A stretch of 64,000 bases of DNA from Oopsacas minuta (Eukaryota; Animalia; Porifera). Of the stretch, positions 1-13,093 are shown in pieces. The notes below the pieces were generated by a model that was not told the origin of the DNA, did no database searches, and saw nothing but the letters and a program-made list of their open reading frames with translations. The number at the start of each line of letters is the position of its first letter. Positions within the stretch are counted from its first letter, which is position 1. The stretch is taken from the NCBI GenBank assembly GCA_024704765.1, contig JAKMXF010000044.1, forward strand, positions 868,001 to 932,000. The letters are read 5' to 3'. A program made the position numbers and the translations under genes.

Positions 1-229
1 AGGTTGACCCAACCATTGACGTATGCTAACTCTTTGATGCAAGTACTGACTATTATATTGTCAGACCTTATTAATAGATTAGGTGTTAATTGTGGTAATG
101 CACAATGCTCGATTATTTTATTTGTTTATTTATCTATAAATACTCGATGACCATGTTTTGAAAATCAAATTTGGTGAGTCCGAATATATATCTTTTCTGC
201 TTCATTTCTACACATAATTTATCCATTGA

Positions 230-871
230 ATGATATACCTGAATTCCATCATATTTGTGTGTCTATGTCTGTGTGTTGCTACAGTAAGCACTCAATCTAG
301 CTGTACAGTAGCTCAAAATTGCACTCGGGCGGTCCTCAATCCTCTCAGCAGCGATCAGTATGTACAGTGTGTGTTAGGGGAATGTGCTTGTGAAGGCGAG
401 AACAATTGCTTCACATTTAATTCAACCGCTACATATTCACGGGATTCCTGTGTGCTAGATACTCGCTGCTACACCTACACCTCCTTGGGAGTGTGTGAGA
501 GTACAGCCAGGGACTCGATGACTGCTCTTCTGTTACAGATATTCGCAGGTGGAGTAGGAGCAGCCAACTTTTATATCGGTAGGACTGACTTAGCAGGAGG
601 ACAGTTATTCCTCTTTCTAGCACTTTTTACATTTTCATGTTGTACCTTTTGTGTAAGTTGTTGTATCAAACCAGCATTGTCATGTGGAAATAAAGATACT
701 TACTTGTATGGGTGGCTTTGTGCTGGTGTTCTTTTTCTAGTTATGTTGATAATTCTTGTTCTCCTTCTTATTATTTTATTAATTAATCCTATCTGGTGGG
801 CAGCTGATATGATTATTTTCGCTACTAACCAGCGTACAGATATTAACGGTTGCAGACTAAATCAGCCCTAG
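230..871 (+). CDS. TM2-domain membrane protein with signal peptide and Cys-rich ectodomain
   Basis: N-terminal hydrophobic signal, Cys-rich region, TM2 motif LLLQIFAGGVGAANFYIGRTDLAGGQL...IWWAADMII; single exon. Confidence 0.7.
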   Translation: MIYLNSIIFVCLCLCVATVSTQSSCTVAQNCTRAVLNPLSSDQYVQCVLGECACEGENNCFTFNSTATYSRDSCVLDTRCYTYTSLGVCESTARDSMTALLLQIFAGGVGAANFYIGRTDLAGGQLFLFLALFTFSCCTFCVSCCIKPALSCGNKDTYLYGWLCAGVLFLVMLIILVLLLIILLINPIWWAADMIIFATNQRTDINGCRLNQP

Positions 872-1103
872 ATTGAATAAATAAGTGTGTGCTATGAGTA
901 TTATATTAATCAAGAGAGTGTACTACCTGACTATTGGATTTGTTGTTTTGTTTTTCATTAAATCTACTTGATTTACTATGTTAGCTACTTCAAATATATA
1001 TCAGTGCAGCAGTTATAGGGAGATGTCGTATTGGCATTGGGAAAACCAACAATACCTAATTGGTATTAGAGAATTCTAGAAGGAAACTGTTCTGTTTCTA
1101 GTA

Positions 1104-1364
1104 TAGTGGACCATCGTTAATCCGAATAAAGGTTATATAACTAATGTTCAAAAGACGTAATAATATCTAATTTCACTGCGGACATTTACAAAATACACAT
1201 GTTGGTAGTCTATCCATCGTTTGTACAACTTTCGAAAATGTGGACCTGGAACCAATAGTATTGTTTAAATGCATTCACTAACCCGAACAAATTCACCAAT
1301 CTGAATCCGAACGAAATATTTCGTTAGTGGCACGCTGATAGGATTAGCGAGGATGGATGTACTG
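1104..1364. mobile_element. Degenerate Tc1/mariner-pogo-type MITE
   Basis: TA-flanked imperfect TIRs (TAGTGGACCATCGTTAATCCG ... GGATTAGCGAGGATGGATGTACTG), related to the TIRs at 7360/8289. Confidence 0.55.
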
Positions 1365-1750
1365 TATTTATATCCACGGACATTTATATTTATGATTTTG
1401 TTGTTAGATCTTTAATATTTGCATCTTTACAAATTACAGGTCGTGTATCAGCTGAAACAGAAATGTATTCAGTGTATTCTACATAATTCAACACTCGTTG
1501 GGATATGAAAATTAAGTCGGATTATCACAGGTTCTACATTACAAGAAATATATTGAGATCTAATTAGTATCATTTAACCTCAGACGCGGACGTATAGACG
1601 ACACATAAAACGACACAAATCGAATAATAGTGAGTAACACAAACTAAAACATTAACTAATAGACTCAAACCAGTAAATCTTAAGGTAAACAATGTTACCA
1701 TCTAAGGTACAATCTAAAATACACGAACATCAGTACTCATGATATCCGGG

Positions 1751-2239
1751 TCACCACCAGGAAACCTTAAGCTCTCCCCTCTTACAACTACCGTCACTCG
1801 TGTCACACGTGTATCCAGAAGGACAGCAGTGTTTGTGGTCGTCACAGCACACGGCGTTCAACACTGGACAGCAACCGAATTCATTATCCCCAGCTGGGCA
1901 GCAAGTATTTTTATCTGGACACTGTTGTTTGTCTCCTGGACAAATCACACTCTCGACTTCTTCTACTTTATCACATGTACCACTTTGTAGGTCGCAGGTT
2001 GTACCCTGTGGACAACAGTGCTTTCCATCAGTGCAGCACACAGCACTTGGATGAGGACAGCATCCATACCTATCCCCTGACGTTTTGCAACAAGTGTTAT
2101 CAGCAGGACATTCCCCTCCATCAGGACACGTTACGTCTACATGATGGGGAGCCAGAGGAATCATAGACAAAGGGGTGATCTGGACTTCACAGAATCCTAG
2201 ACTGATCAGGGCCATGAGCAGGAGAGTAACGTACATCAT
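1751..2239 (-). CDS. GRN: Short secreted progranulin with two granulin modules
   Basis: Signal peptide plus two 12-Cys modules (C..C..CC..CC..CC..CC..C..C), e.g. CPADNTCCKTSGDRYGCCPHPSAVCCTDGKHCCPQGTTC. Confidence 0.9.
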   Translation of the reverse strand: MMYVTLLLMALISLGFCEVQITPLSMIPLAPHHVDVTCPDGGECPADNTCCKTSGDRYGCCPHPSAVCCTDGKHCCPQGTTCDLQSGTCDKVEEVESVICPGDKQQCPDKNTCCPAGDNEFGCCPVLNAVCCDDHKHCCPSGYTCDTSDGSCKRGELKVSWW

Positions 2240-2826
2240 AGCGAAATATTATAACTGAGATAGCTAACTAGTAAACAGATTAATTAATTTTACAATTCTG
2301 AAATTACTATCACACTTACAATAACTAAGGGACTATAATAATGAAGGATTTGCAATTGAATTGCACTCATAAATATATTATATATATCAAGCAGAATACT
2401 CGTGACTTGATCACAAGCAAAGTGTTGTAGCAAGATGAAATCATGTGAGATACAATTATACGAAGTTATTTTCTCATCAAGCCACAATACATAATGCATA
2501 TTTTGTGCCAATCTTATCGATATGTTCTGACTTGTTGCTCAAATTGACACGTATTTTCTGTGTCATAATTATCATATATTTGTTTTTAGAATTTTAAGGG
2601 CAAATTTGTTGCGCTCTATATTTCTCTTGTTGTATCTTATATTATTTGGTGGGAAATCAACCGGCATATCCACTTTGATGTTTGAACAGGTGAAATTTAC
2701 ACAAGTTCCGCACGTGGATGTACATATTTAATATCTCCTTGATTTCACATGCGGATTTACATTTTAAAAACTCATCGCAGAAGTTTTCCCCCAGCTGTGG
2801 ATAATGTTCCCCCAAACATTATCATA

Positions 2827-3150
2827 CAGTTGAACCTCCGAGATCCGGACCTCCAATATACGGGCACCTCCCTCAACCGGGCACCCTTATTTTAAATCGG
2901 TCCAAAAGAATTTTACCATTTCATATAATTCTCCTCATACTAACGTTGACTTCAGTTACTATATTTCATATTGGATTACGTTTGTATACCATATGTAAAT
3001 TAATAACGGAATTCGAATATCTAAGGGAACTCATATGTACATTATGGGTTGTAACTACCATAGAGTTAATGATATTTCCGAGATCCGGGCAAATTCTAAG
3101 ATCTGGGCACCCTCCGGTCCCACACTGCCCGGATCTTGGAGGTTCTACTG
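2827..3150. mobile_element. Tc1/mariner-pogo-type MITE, 324 bp
   Basis: TIRs CAGTTGAACCTCCGAGATCCGG / CCGGATCTTGGAGGTTCTACTG, with TA on both sides. Confidence 0.85.
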
Positions 3151-3164
3151 TACCTGCCAACCAT

Positions 3165-3362
3165 CCAGGGACTTGACATATAATCCAGCAGAAAAATTGT
3201 TAAATCCAGGGAAAATAATGGATATGTCTGGCTTTTGTTTCTCATAAAAGATGGAAAATTTATATTATTTGCATATTAAATTTGAAATCCAGGGAAGAAG
3301 TTACAAGGGGCTGGTAAGTATGCATTATACAATGTTCAGGGAACATTGTTCACTGTGACACC
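3165..3362 (+). repeat. Dispersed repeat homologous to 62808-63025 (opposite strand)
   Basis: Shared blocks TAAATCCAGGGAAAATA, GTTACA.GGGGCT.GT.AGTATGCATTA and CACTGTGACAC. Confidence 0.7.
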
Positions 3363-4332
3363 TGTCGCTTATTCTTTTTGTGTTCAAAATACCACTGATT
3401 TAGGGAAATAATTACTAATTATCCTAACTTGTTGTATGAAGTGTAATTTGTTTAGAAAATTATTCTAAACAGTGGGTAATAAATTTATTCAAGGTAATAC
3501 GGTATTGTACAGTATCTATGTGTTATGTGATTACTAGATGATATATATGTATATATTTACGCACAAAGGTTGTTCTTTTCATTAAATAATGAGACTAAAT
3601 TGTATAAATTTAGAACTAAACCAAAACTTATATAATCAGTATCAAATCTTTCGAGTTATTCCCTCTCTAACTTTATACATCGTTTTCATCGTCCTGGTAG
3701 CTTTTCTAGCCCAGTGGCATAGAATTATTTAGGGGTACCTATGTTCACCTCCCTCTCCAGCCGTTTGAAATCATCAAATCTCTTCCCTCGAAGAGGTCTC
3801 TTCATCTCTCCGAATAATAGTAGTCGCTAGGGGACAGATCTGGACTGTAAGGGGGGTGAGGGAGGCATTCGAAACCCATGTCGTGAATTGCATCCATTGT
3901 TTTGTAGCTTACATGGAGCCTTGCGTTGTCATCTTGGAGTAGCACGCAACGTGTCAACTTGCCTCGTGGCTAACATTCAATAAATCTTATTTGTTCACAA
4001 TAATTCTCCTAGGTAACTGTCTGATACAGTGCTTGTATGTATAGCAATTCTGCCGAGAACATTTCTTTCAATCTGAGGAATTTTATAGAATAAAAAGAGG
4101 GCTAGGGGCCATCAGTGGCTGCCATATATGGTCCGCCCGGACAATTTATGGCGGCGGAGCAAAAATAGCGTTGACAGGGCCCTAATAAATTCGTCAGTAT
4201 TTACTATTTAATATAATTTGGTTACTTAAAAACATAATCCGTGGACTACGCATAATATAATCATTACTAACTCATCTCCTTCGTATTAGACAAATTGATG
4301 ACTAGATAATTACATACAATCTACATGAATCA

Positions 4333-7300
4333 ATGAGTGAGTCTACTGAACAAGACAATGATGTAGAAGAGGGTATCACCAGATGCATATGTGGATTCAC
4401 ACATGACGATGGGTACATGATTTGGTGTGATGGTTGTTCTGTATGGCAGCATCTAGCTTGTATGGAGCTAGATCAGTCTAAACTTCCCGACAAATACTAC
4501 TGTGAGACATGTGATCCTAGACAGGTCAATGCTGACAGAGCTAAACGTATACAGAAACGATTTTCTGAGTCAGACGTAAGTGGAGAAGATACAAGTAAGT
4601 TATATAATACAATATACTCTAATTAATAAGCTGACGTCAGCACCAGTCAATATGACCCAATTAACCGAAACAATTTATACTTTGTATCGTTCTGTTCCAA
4701 GTGTCAAGTAACCCGATTAAGCAGAGCCAACTGTATCTGTTTGTGATTAAAGTTATAAAACTAGTTACTAAATTTATGAATTACATATACCATATAGACA
4801 TCTCTTCTCATCACTCGAGACTAGTTAGGAATATTCCTGGATTAGCTACTACTAACAAGGTAGACTCTTCTACTCCTACTACATCTACTCATTCTTTAAT
4901 ATTTCCCACTAAACATAGCAAGAAACATAAACGAACTAACGAGAAGGTATTGAGTGTGTGAATAGTCAATAATTGATGTTTCGTCTCCGATGTTAAGTAA
5001 ACTGTAAAACCAAATTGTTATACAGTGCAACCTCTATAAGTGGAGTCTCTATAAATGGGGAACCTCTATAAGCGGGGAGTGGATAATGGGGCATACTTTA
5101 GAGGAAGGTATGCCTCCCCACCATTGAAATTTACCTCTATAAGTGGGAAATCTACTATAAATTTTCGTAAATAATCAATTTATGTGCTAAATTTGGAAAA
5201 AAAAAACACGTATTTATCGCTATGATGAATTCAAATTTTTTGGTTTCTCAGAGAAATTTCTTACAATTTCTATATTTAACCAACAACTTTAAGACATATT
5301 ATACAGTGGAACCTGCACAATCCGACACCTCTGTAATCCGGAATTTCGCTAAACCGACATTATTTCTTTTCACGGATAGTTTTTGTATAGAAAACAACCT
5401 CAATAACCCGGAACCTCGCTACTCCGTAATCCGACAATTTAATGATGATCAAGTAATATAAATTCGACCTCTATAGACCAACAATTTAGCGATTTAGCTT
5501 TGATTTATCTGAGATGTAAATATTTCAACAAATGTCGGATTATGGAGGTGATTTTATCTTCATAATTCAACATTATCGTTTACAATGTAAATATAGTATA
5601 CTGCATACTTGGTATTTGACAACCATATGTCTTGAATTTTACTTGAGTATATTCGAGAACACCTGTATAATCCGACATTTTCTTCGTTCTCAACAAATGT
5701 CGGATTATGCAGGTTCCACGTAATAATAAAATATCATTGAAAACAGTCGTTAGAGGAAGTGTCTATGCATATTGACTTAAATATCTCTAGTTAATTAAAG
5801 GACATTTCCATTTGAAATTATAAAGGGGGAATGGGAGTTATCAACAGATTCACCAGGCCCGAACTCCCCCACTTATACAGGTTCTACTGTACCCTCCCTG
5901 ACTACAGAGGAATGTGCATTTTATAGTGTGAGAATGCCTCACTGTCAGTCTAGGAAATATAAGTCTAAGTATATTTACTGTGACAAACATCCATTTGCCG
6001 TTCATAACAATATTTTCATCGATTGTAGTTATTATCTCAGTTATTATTTAGTATCAGAGTTCTTCTCACTTTCCTAGAAGTCCTACTCCCCACTTCAGCT
6101 CTCCTTCTATCAGACACAAGTATGTCAAACCTATCTTTCCTATACGTGGCAGTCACGACACTACTGAGTCAGATCCTCAAGATTCAGAAATTAGTATTTT
6201 GTCAGAAGAAGTAAACTCATTCTTCCACTCTAGAGCAAAATTGTATTCTAATTCTGAGCCTAGAGAGACTCAAATACTGTCTGATAGTGTAAAGATTTAT
6301 TTGAATAGAGCTATTGGGTCAGTAGATAGAGACTCTAAGACAGTATATACGTCAGGAGAGGGGCGAGTTATACCCTCCCCAATAAGACCTGTTGGCATTA
6401 ATCTCATTCTTGTTGAGAGAAAAAGGAAAGGAATAGTAAGTCTACTCGCTATTGTAATGTATTATTGTTATTGATTCTTATTATTTTGTTAGATTACTTC
6501 TGCTAGTGTATTGTCTCATCAGCTGATTGTAGAGTTGAAAGGAAACGTGTTAGATGGTGATACTCTCTCTCAGAACGAGGGCATAACTCCCAGTACTCTT
6601 AATAGAGAGACAGTAACTCCATTCATATTCGTCTACAGAGGTTTAAACAAGCACTCTGTGGTATACATAGACTCACGACTACACGGAAATAAGGCACGAT
6701 ATGTCCGCAGGTCTTGTGAGCCTAACTCCATACTCCGACACTATATTCTAGATTCACATCTAAAGTTTGGTATATTTGCTGAGAGAGATATCACTAAGGA
6801 GCAGGAGGTAACGATACCTCATGACAGTCATATACAGTCTTGTCTGTTTTTGGTGGAATGTGGGTGTAGCTTCAGAGCTAGTGCATGTCCTGCTAAATCT
6901 CATAATCTTAAGTTTAAGAAAAAGCGAGCATTGATAGGAGGGATGGAGGAGAAAACGTTTCCTGACACTACTATTAAGTCTGAGACTGTGTGTCCTCATT
7001 CAGAGGAAGATTTGGAATCTCCAATGCCTTTCTTTCCTTCTAAAAAGAGGTATTTATTTACTCATACTTTATCTCAGCTGATTAATATGATTCATTTTAT
7101 TCGTAGGAAGCGACATCGAATAGAGAGTGACACAGCTCCCAACCTCCCTCACTCTACAGCTACTACTCCTGTGGATTTCGGAGTGGTGGGATCTCTAGCC
7201 ACTAAGAAGAGCAGAGAAGATAGAAAACTTGAAGGAGTGCTCAAGTTAATAGAGAAGATGGAAGCTAGGAAGTCTAGCAGTCAAGAAGACAGTGCTCTCT

Positions 7301-10300
7301 ACTCTCCAGGGATTGGTATATTGTGATACTAGCTAATACAACCTGATATAATGTACATACAGTAGATCCTCACTAATCCGAACAGCCCTGTACCATTTGA
7401 CAAAATATTTGTTCAGATTTGTCAATTGCATTAAACAATACAAGTAGATTAATTTCGAATAGTAGAAAATGTGTAAAAATGATATCTCATATTCTATGAG
7501 ATATCTACAGGTATATTTAGAGTCCTATACGTAATTCGAACAAATTATTTCTTCCCTTGAAAGGTATTATAATATAATTCCGTTTGATAATTCGACTTCT
7601 ACAAATTGTAACAAACTTGTTGTTCATTGAAAATAAATAAATAATTCCATATAGTATATCATGGGCGATTTTTCGAAGATATCAATCGAATATCTGTATT
7701 TGGTATTCGGTTTGAGTTTTCGGATATTTTCAGAAGTCGGTAAGCACTATTCATGAATACTGATATTCGATTTGCGCGATGTAAACCTTGCTCAGTGGCC
7801 GTTCAAACGTTACGTAACGCTACAAGGGGCGGTAGGTGGTATTTGTCAATGAGAAAAATTGTTCCATTATTACAGTGGTTGTGTAATTTGATACTAATGT
7901 CGGAATCTCGAGATTGAAAATCAGGATCGGATTAAACAAATCAATCCCTGAATTCAATCCTGGAGGTTAAGTGTACGGGATCCCGGGATTGTAAGCCCTA
8001 AATTCAAGTTAGTAAACTACATTTCTCATGAGGATCTCGTAAAATCTATAATTACACGTACCTTGTTTGTCTTAAATTTTGACGTTTTACATATTTTTAA
8101 TGCTACTTTCAATAATTCGACCAAAATATTATTTCCCGTGACAGTTCGAATTAACGGTGGTCCACTGTAATTTAGTAGATAATTACATTTCCAGTTGAAA
8201 GTTTAACAAGTATGTCTTTTTAACATTTGGGATCTTTTCCAAAAATTATTCGGTTCGATGCTCTGTTCGGATTAGCGAGGGGCCTACTGTGATACCTTTA
8301 TTATATTACTATTCATATATTTCATAGGTTCTGTTTCCAAGCAACGTAGATCCTCTGAAAAAGTTATTGGTAACGAGTATGCCTTAGAGGAATGTTCTTC
8401 ATATCGAGACAGACCTCTAGAGAACAAGAAACCTGATCCGAAAAAGTTAAATCTCACATTCTCTTCTCCATCTGAGCTACCTGAACCTCCCTCTGTATTC
8501 GAGAATACTCCTCTAAAGAAATTACTGATACAGCAATGGGGAGAAGAGGTTAGAGTTATGGAAAGACAGAAGAAGAGAGAGGTCCTGCTGGCTGACTTAT
8601 CACCTGATTGTAATTTTCCTCTTACATTTCCTCCTCACCCATTCTCTGATGAAGGGGAGTACAGTTTCTCTAGATGGGGATACACCCTATCACCTGACAC
8701 CTCTCTATACAAGTTCAGAGGAGCTCCCAAGAGACATGCTCTTGTAGCAGACACGGAGTTGGAGAAGGGAGAAGATAATCTAGAGGAATCCTGCTGTCTG
8801 GAACCTGTCTCTTCTGAAAGAGATGAAGAGAGTGAGAGTGAGCGGATCAAGAAATTGCCAATTAAAAAACAGCTGGCATATATCTTCAACAAGAAAGAGA
8901 GGGCTAGAGAGAGAGAAGCTCTGCTGTTATTGGAAGTTGAGAGGATACAAGCCCTTTCAGAGGAAATAGCTAAGGAGTCTCAAATGGATATGACGTCAGA
9001 TATCAGTCAGGATTCAGAAGATACCAAACAGGACTTATCAGATATAGAACCTGACAACTCAAAAGAGTCTCCTCCTCGAGTACACTCTACAACTTCTGAT
9101 CAGATGCTGTCCTTACCAGAACCTGAGTACATGTCCCCTCTCCCTGTACAGTACTCTCCATCCCCTCAATCTAGTCCTAACCCTGTATCTCCTCTCTCTA
9201 TCGCCTCATCCTCACAGGACTCAGCTAGTGTACCCTCCTCTCCTAAGATCCCTCATACTCCCTCTCCTGATCCTCCTCCCCCTGAAGAGGTAGACGCATC
9301 CTCTGACCAGATTACTGACCCTATAATCCATCCTCCTACAGAGCTATCCCGAGCAGACTCAAGCTTCTCACAGGTATCATCTACTCTAGACTCTCCCCAA
9401 TTCCTCTCCGTACTCAAGCCCCTGGTATCAGATTACATCTCCCCATCATTATCTCCTACTGTTATACAGACAGAGGAGGCACCTGTCAGTTCTAATAAAG
9501 AGTCCCTATACTCTAATCTGCCTATAGTAACACAGGATATATCCCCTGCAGAAGAGCCCTCTCATATCACTCTTATTAACTCTCCTGTACAATATATAAA
9601 TGACCACTCTAGCAACCCTAAGGTGAGTTTGGAACGTGCCAAAGCTTCTTCTCTAGATTCCGTCATCGGGTCTGATTACAAATTCTCAAAGAGCAGACTA
9701 ACTCCTGATCCTACTCACAGACGCTCCCTCACCTCTCATACCAGTCCTCGGTTTATTGACCCCAAGCAGCAGTTACACTACACACCCATAGAGTCACAAC
9801 CTAATAAACGGAGGTATGTTAACAGAGACACGCTAGACCCTATCCTCTCCCGTATGGACCTATCCGTTCAGTTCGGTAGTCCCTCTAAGGAAACGGACAC
9901 ACCTATAACTCCGGTAGAGTCTGTAACACCCCTCTCAGATGCTGGGTCTAATCTCAGTGCTAGCGGTAAGAAGGTACTCTCAATGAAGGAGTACTTCAAA
10001 CGGAAGGAACAGTCCAGAGCTTCATCTAGCTCTTCTCAGACCCACTTGCATCTGTCTCCAGGACACACACCCCCTCCCCCGAGACGAGAGAGGAGCAGGA
10101 GTAACAGCTCTGTCAATATATCAGAACCTTCTTTCTGGACAGAGTGCAGACGTGGTAAGGAGAAGAGACCAGATTGGGATAGGGAGAAAGATCGGTACCA
10201 TTACACACGGGACAACAAGAGTCATACTAGACACTACAGCAAAGAATCTGCTTACAGATCTAAGGATAGGTCAAGAGAGAAACATAAATCAAAACACAGG

Positions 10301-10651
10301 GATAGATACAGAGATAGATACGATGATTTGAGTAGTCACTATTCTTCCAGGGACCATAGGAGAAGAGCAAGTAGCGGAGTATTTGATGATAGTAGATCTA
10401 GACATAGTAGCTTTAAAAGTACAGAAATACCACGTCTTCCGTGCCCCTCCCTTGCGGAGATAGAACCTGTGAGTCCAGATAATTCAGGAGAGGAAGGGAA
10501 CATCCCCTCTCCAACTAACTACCCCTCTGACAGACGGTTTTCTACCACCACCTCTATCCCCCTTCCTAATGAAACAATCCCTCCTGATGATTCTAGACTA
10601 CTCACACTTAAATTTTTTCTTAGACAGACAAATGAACAGGGCAACACCTGA
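4333..10651 (+). CDS. KMT2E: KMT2E(MLL5)/SETD5/UpSET-family PHD + SET protein, multi-exon (ORF pieces 4333, 4701, 6199, 6511, 8558; exon borders approximate)
   Basis: PHD TRCICGFTHDDGYMIWCDGCSVWQH closely matches MLL5. SET region GNKARYVRRSCEPN has the RRSC motif typical of the catalytically atypical SET3/MLL5 family. Long Ser/Pro-rich C-terminus. Confidence 0.85.
5023..5889. mobile_element. TA-flanked MITE in a KMT2E intron (outer element of a nest)
   Basis: TA|CAGTGCAACCTCTATAAGTGG ... CCACTTATACAGGTTCTACTG|TA. Confidence 0.8.
5304..5720. mobile_element. TA-flanked MITE nested in the 5023-5889 MITE
   Basis: TA|CAGTGGAACCTGCACAATCCGACA ... TGTCGGATTATGCAGGTTCCACG|TA; internal TCCGACA repeats. 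Confidence 0.85.
7360..8289. mobile_element. MITE-bounded composite insertion in a KMT2E intron
   Basis: TIRs CAGTAGATCCTCACTAATCCGAACAG / CTGTTCGGATTAGCGAGGGGCCTACTG, with other MITE ends inside (about 7990 and 8165). Confidence 0.7.
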
Positions 10652-10835
10652 GCTACATTGGAATGCAATTAATTTTCCGTTGGTTATTTATTAATCCAGG
10701 AATTATACTATTTGTACATAATTAATTATCGCTCTCATATGCTGATTATTCTTGTTTTCAATGCAATAGTAATAATATTACTAGAATGCTAATTTGTAAT
10801 AAAGTGAAGATGAATAATTAATTATTCAGCTAGAC

Positions 10836-10943
10836 CAGTGGTTCCAAACCCTGGAGTCTATGGAGTGAGTATGGACCCCTTGCAGGTACACGGACGACAG
10901 CAGGAGGTCCACGGCCCACGGGTGGAGAAAGTTGGGAACCATG
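10836..10943. mobile_element. hAT (Charlie-like) MITE
   Basis: CAGTGGTTCCAAACC ... GTTGGGAACCATG. The 8-bp flanks AGCTAGAC / ATTTAGAC resemble a decayed TSD. Internal sequence is shared with 14765-14890. Confidence 0.7.
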
Positions 10944-11061
10944 ATTTAGACACTGCTAATTTGATCAGAAATTCTGAAAATTTTAGATTATAATTTAGCG
11001 TGTCCTTAAAACGATAATTATCTACACAGAATAGAAAATTCACCTTTATGCTGATCAAAGG

Positions 11062-11100
11062 TACTGTTTCGTGTTACTGTTTCGTGTTACTGTTTCGTTA
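11062..11100 (+). repeat. 13-bp tandem repeat x3 upstream of NDUFV1
   Basis: TACTGTTTCGTGT TACTGTTTCGTGT TACTGTTTCGTTA. Confidence 0.9.
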
Positions 11101-11164
11101 TTGTGTCACATTACCATCAAAATTTCAGTGAACTACGTATAATACCCTTTATGAGTAGCTCCTA

Positions 11165-12990
11165 ATGCAGAACTCCTTTTCTTCTTCTAAACAACTCAGA
11201 CTGCTCTTCAACTCAACATGTATGAACTTAAAACAACATTTGAGTACTTCTCCAGTTCTCTGCGACAAGGCCTACGGGGGTTTGAGAGATCAAGACAGGA
11301 TATTCACAAATCTATACGGGAGGCATGATTGGCATCTGAAGGGAGCTCAGGCTCGAGGGGACTGGTACAAGACTAAAGAGATAATACATAAAGGAGCTGA
11401 CTGGATTATTAATGAAGTTAAGGTATCTGGATTGAGAGGGAGAGGGGGAGCTGGGTTCCCTTCAGGTCTTAAGTGGAGTTTCATGAACAAACCATCTGAG
11501 GGACGACCTAAATATCTAGTTGTGAATGCTGACGAGGGAGAGCCAGGTACCTGCAAGGACCGGGAAATAATGAGACATGACCCTCATAAGCTTGTAGAGG
11601 GATGTCTGATAGCTGGTAAAGCTATGGGAGCTAGAGCAGCTTACATATACATTAGAGGAGAGCTCTATAACGAAGCTTCTAACATGCAGGTACCTTATTT
11701 ATAGGAATAGATTTGAGTATTTAATTTCTTATACTAATTCAATATAGATAGCAATCAATGAAGCTTACAAAGCTGGACTTATTGGTAAGAATTCATGTGA
11801 TAGTGGATACGACTTTGATATATTCATGCACCGGGGAGCTGGAGCTTATATCTGTGGGGAGGAGACTGCTCTCATTGAGAGTTTAGAAGGAAAGGCGGGG
11901 AAACCTAGACTTAAGCCTCCGTTCCCAGCTGATGTAGGAGTGTTTGGATGTCCTACAACTGTTACTAATGTTGAAACAGTAGCAGTAGCTCCTGAGATAT
12001 GTAGACGGGGAGGAGCATGGTTTGCATCGTTTGGAAGACCTAAGAACCATGGAACTAAGCTATATTGTATATCAGGTACACTGGTTATGACTTGTGTTGT
12101 GTTAATCGCCGATATTCAGTTAATTGCTATGAGAGAAGATATTTGGTTACCCGTTTCCACCAATTTATTCATTGTTTCAGGGTTTTCAGAGGTACAAAAT
12201 GATATACAAATTTCAATCTTTTTGTCAGATACGATCGCGTCACAATTGCATATACTAGCTAATGATGGGTATTTTCAATAATGTATGTCACAAAGCATTA
12301 TTTGTTGAATATAAGAATAGATGCAGTGGTTAAACGGCTAACCGCTTTTGAACAAAGTTTAACCATCACCGTAATTTGGTTAAAACCCACCCCAGTCCTG
12401 CATTAAGTTTATTTGTCAATTCATTAGGTCACGTGAATAACCCCTGTACAGTAGAGGAAGAAATGTCAATTCCTCTCAGAGAACTGATAGAGAGACATGC
12501 AGGTGGAGTCAGAGGGGGATGGGACAATCTACAGGGTATCATTCCTGGTGGTTCCTCCGTACCTGTCATCCCTAGGAGCGTTTGTGCTGACGTCATGATG
12601 GATTTTGATGCTCTGGTTGAAGTTAATTCTGGTCTAGGAACAGCTGCAGTTATTGTTATGGATAAGAGTGTAGATATGATCCTCTGTATAGCCCGTCTAA
12701 TCCTATTCTACAAGAATGAGTCCTGCGGACAGTGTACACCCTGTAGAGAGGGGACAGGGTGGCTGAATTCCATGATGTACCGGTTTGTAGAGGGTAAGGC
12801 TGATCCCACAGAGATCGATATGATGTACGAGCTGAGTAAGCAGATAGAGGGACACACTATTTGTGCACTGGGGGATGCAGCTGCTTGGCCTGTACAGGGT
12901 CTGATACGTCACTTCAGGCCGGAAATGGAGGAGCGTATTCGAAGATATCGCGAGAAAAACGAGCAGTATGCTTCCACTATGTTCTCTTAG
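11165..12990 (+). CDS. NDUFV1: NADH:ubiquinone oxidoreductase 51 kDa flavoprotein subunit, 3 exons
   Basis: [84 protein letters not shown]. Confidence 0.97.
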
Positions 12991-13093
12991 TGTGATATTA
13001 TAATTGAATCGTTAATAAATATAATGTGATTTATACGGGTATTACTACTAGTATAGTTTTTTTGTATCCAATAGTTAAGTTATAGTCTGTTAG

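Noticed and set aside
11150-11165. Tiny uORF ATGAGTAGCTCCTAA overlapping the NDUFV1 start
   Set aside because: It is too short to distinguish from chance, and the true 5' end is unknown.
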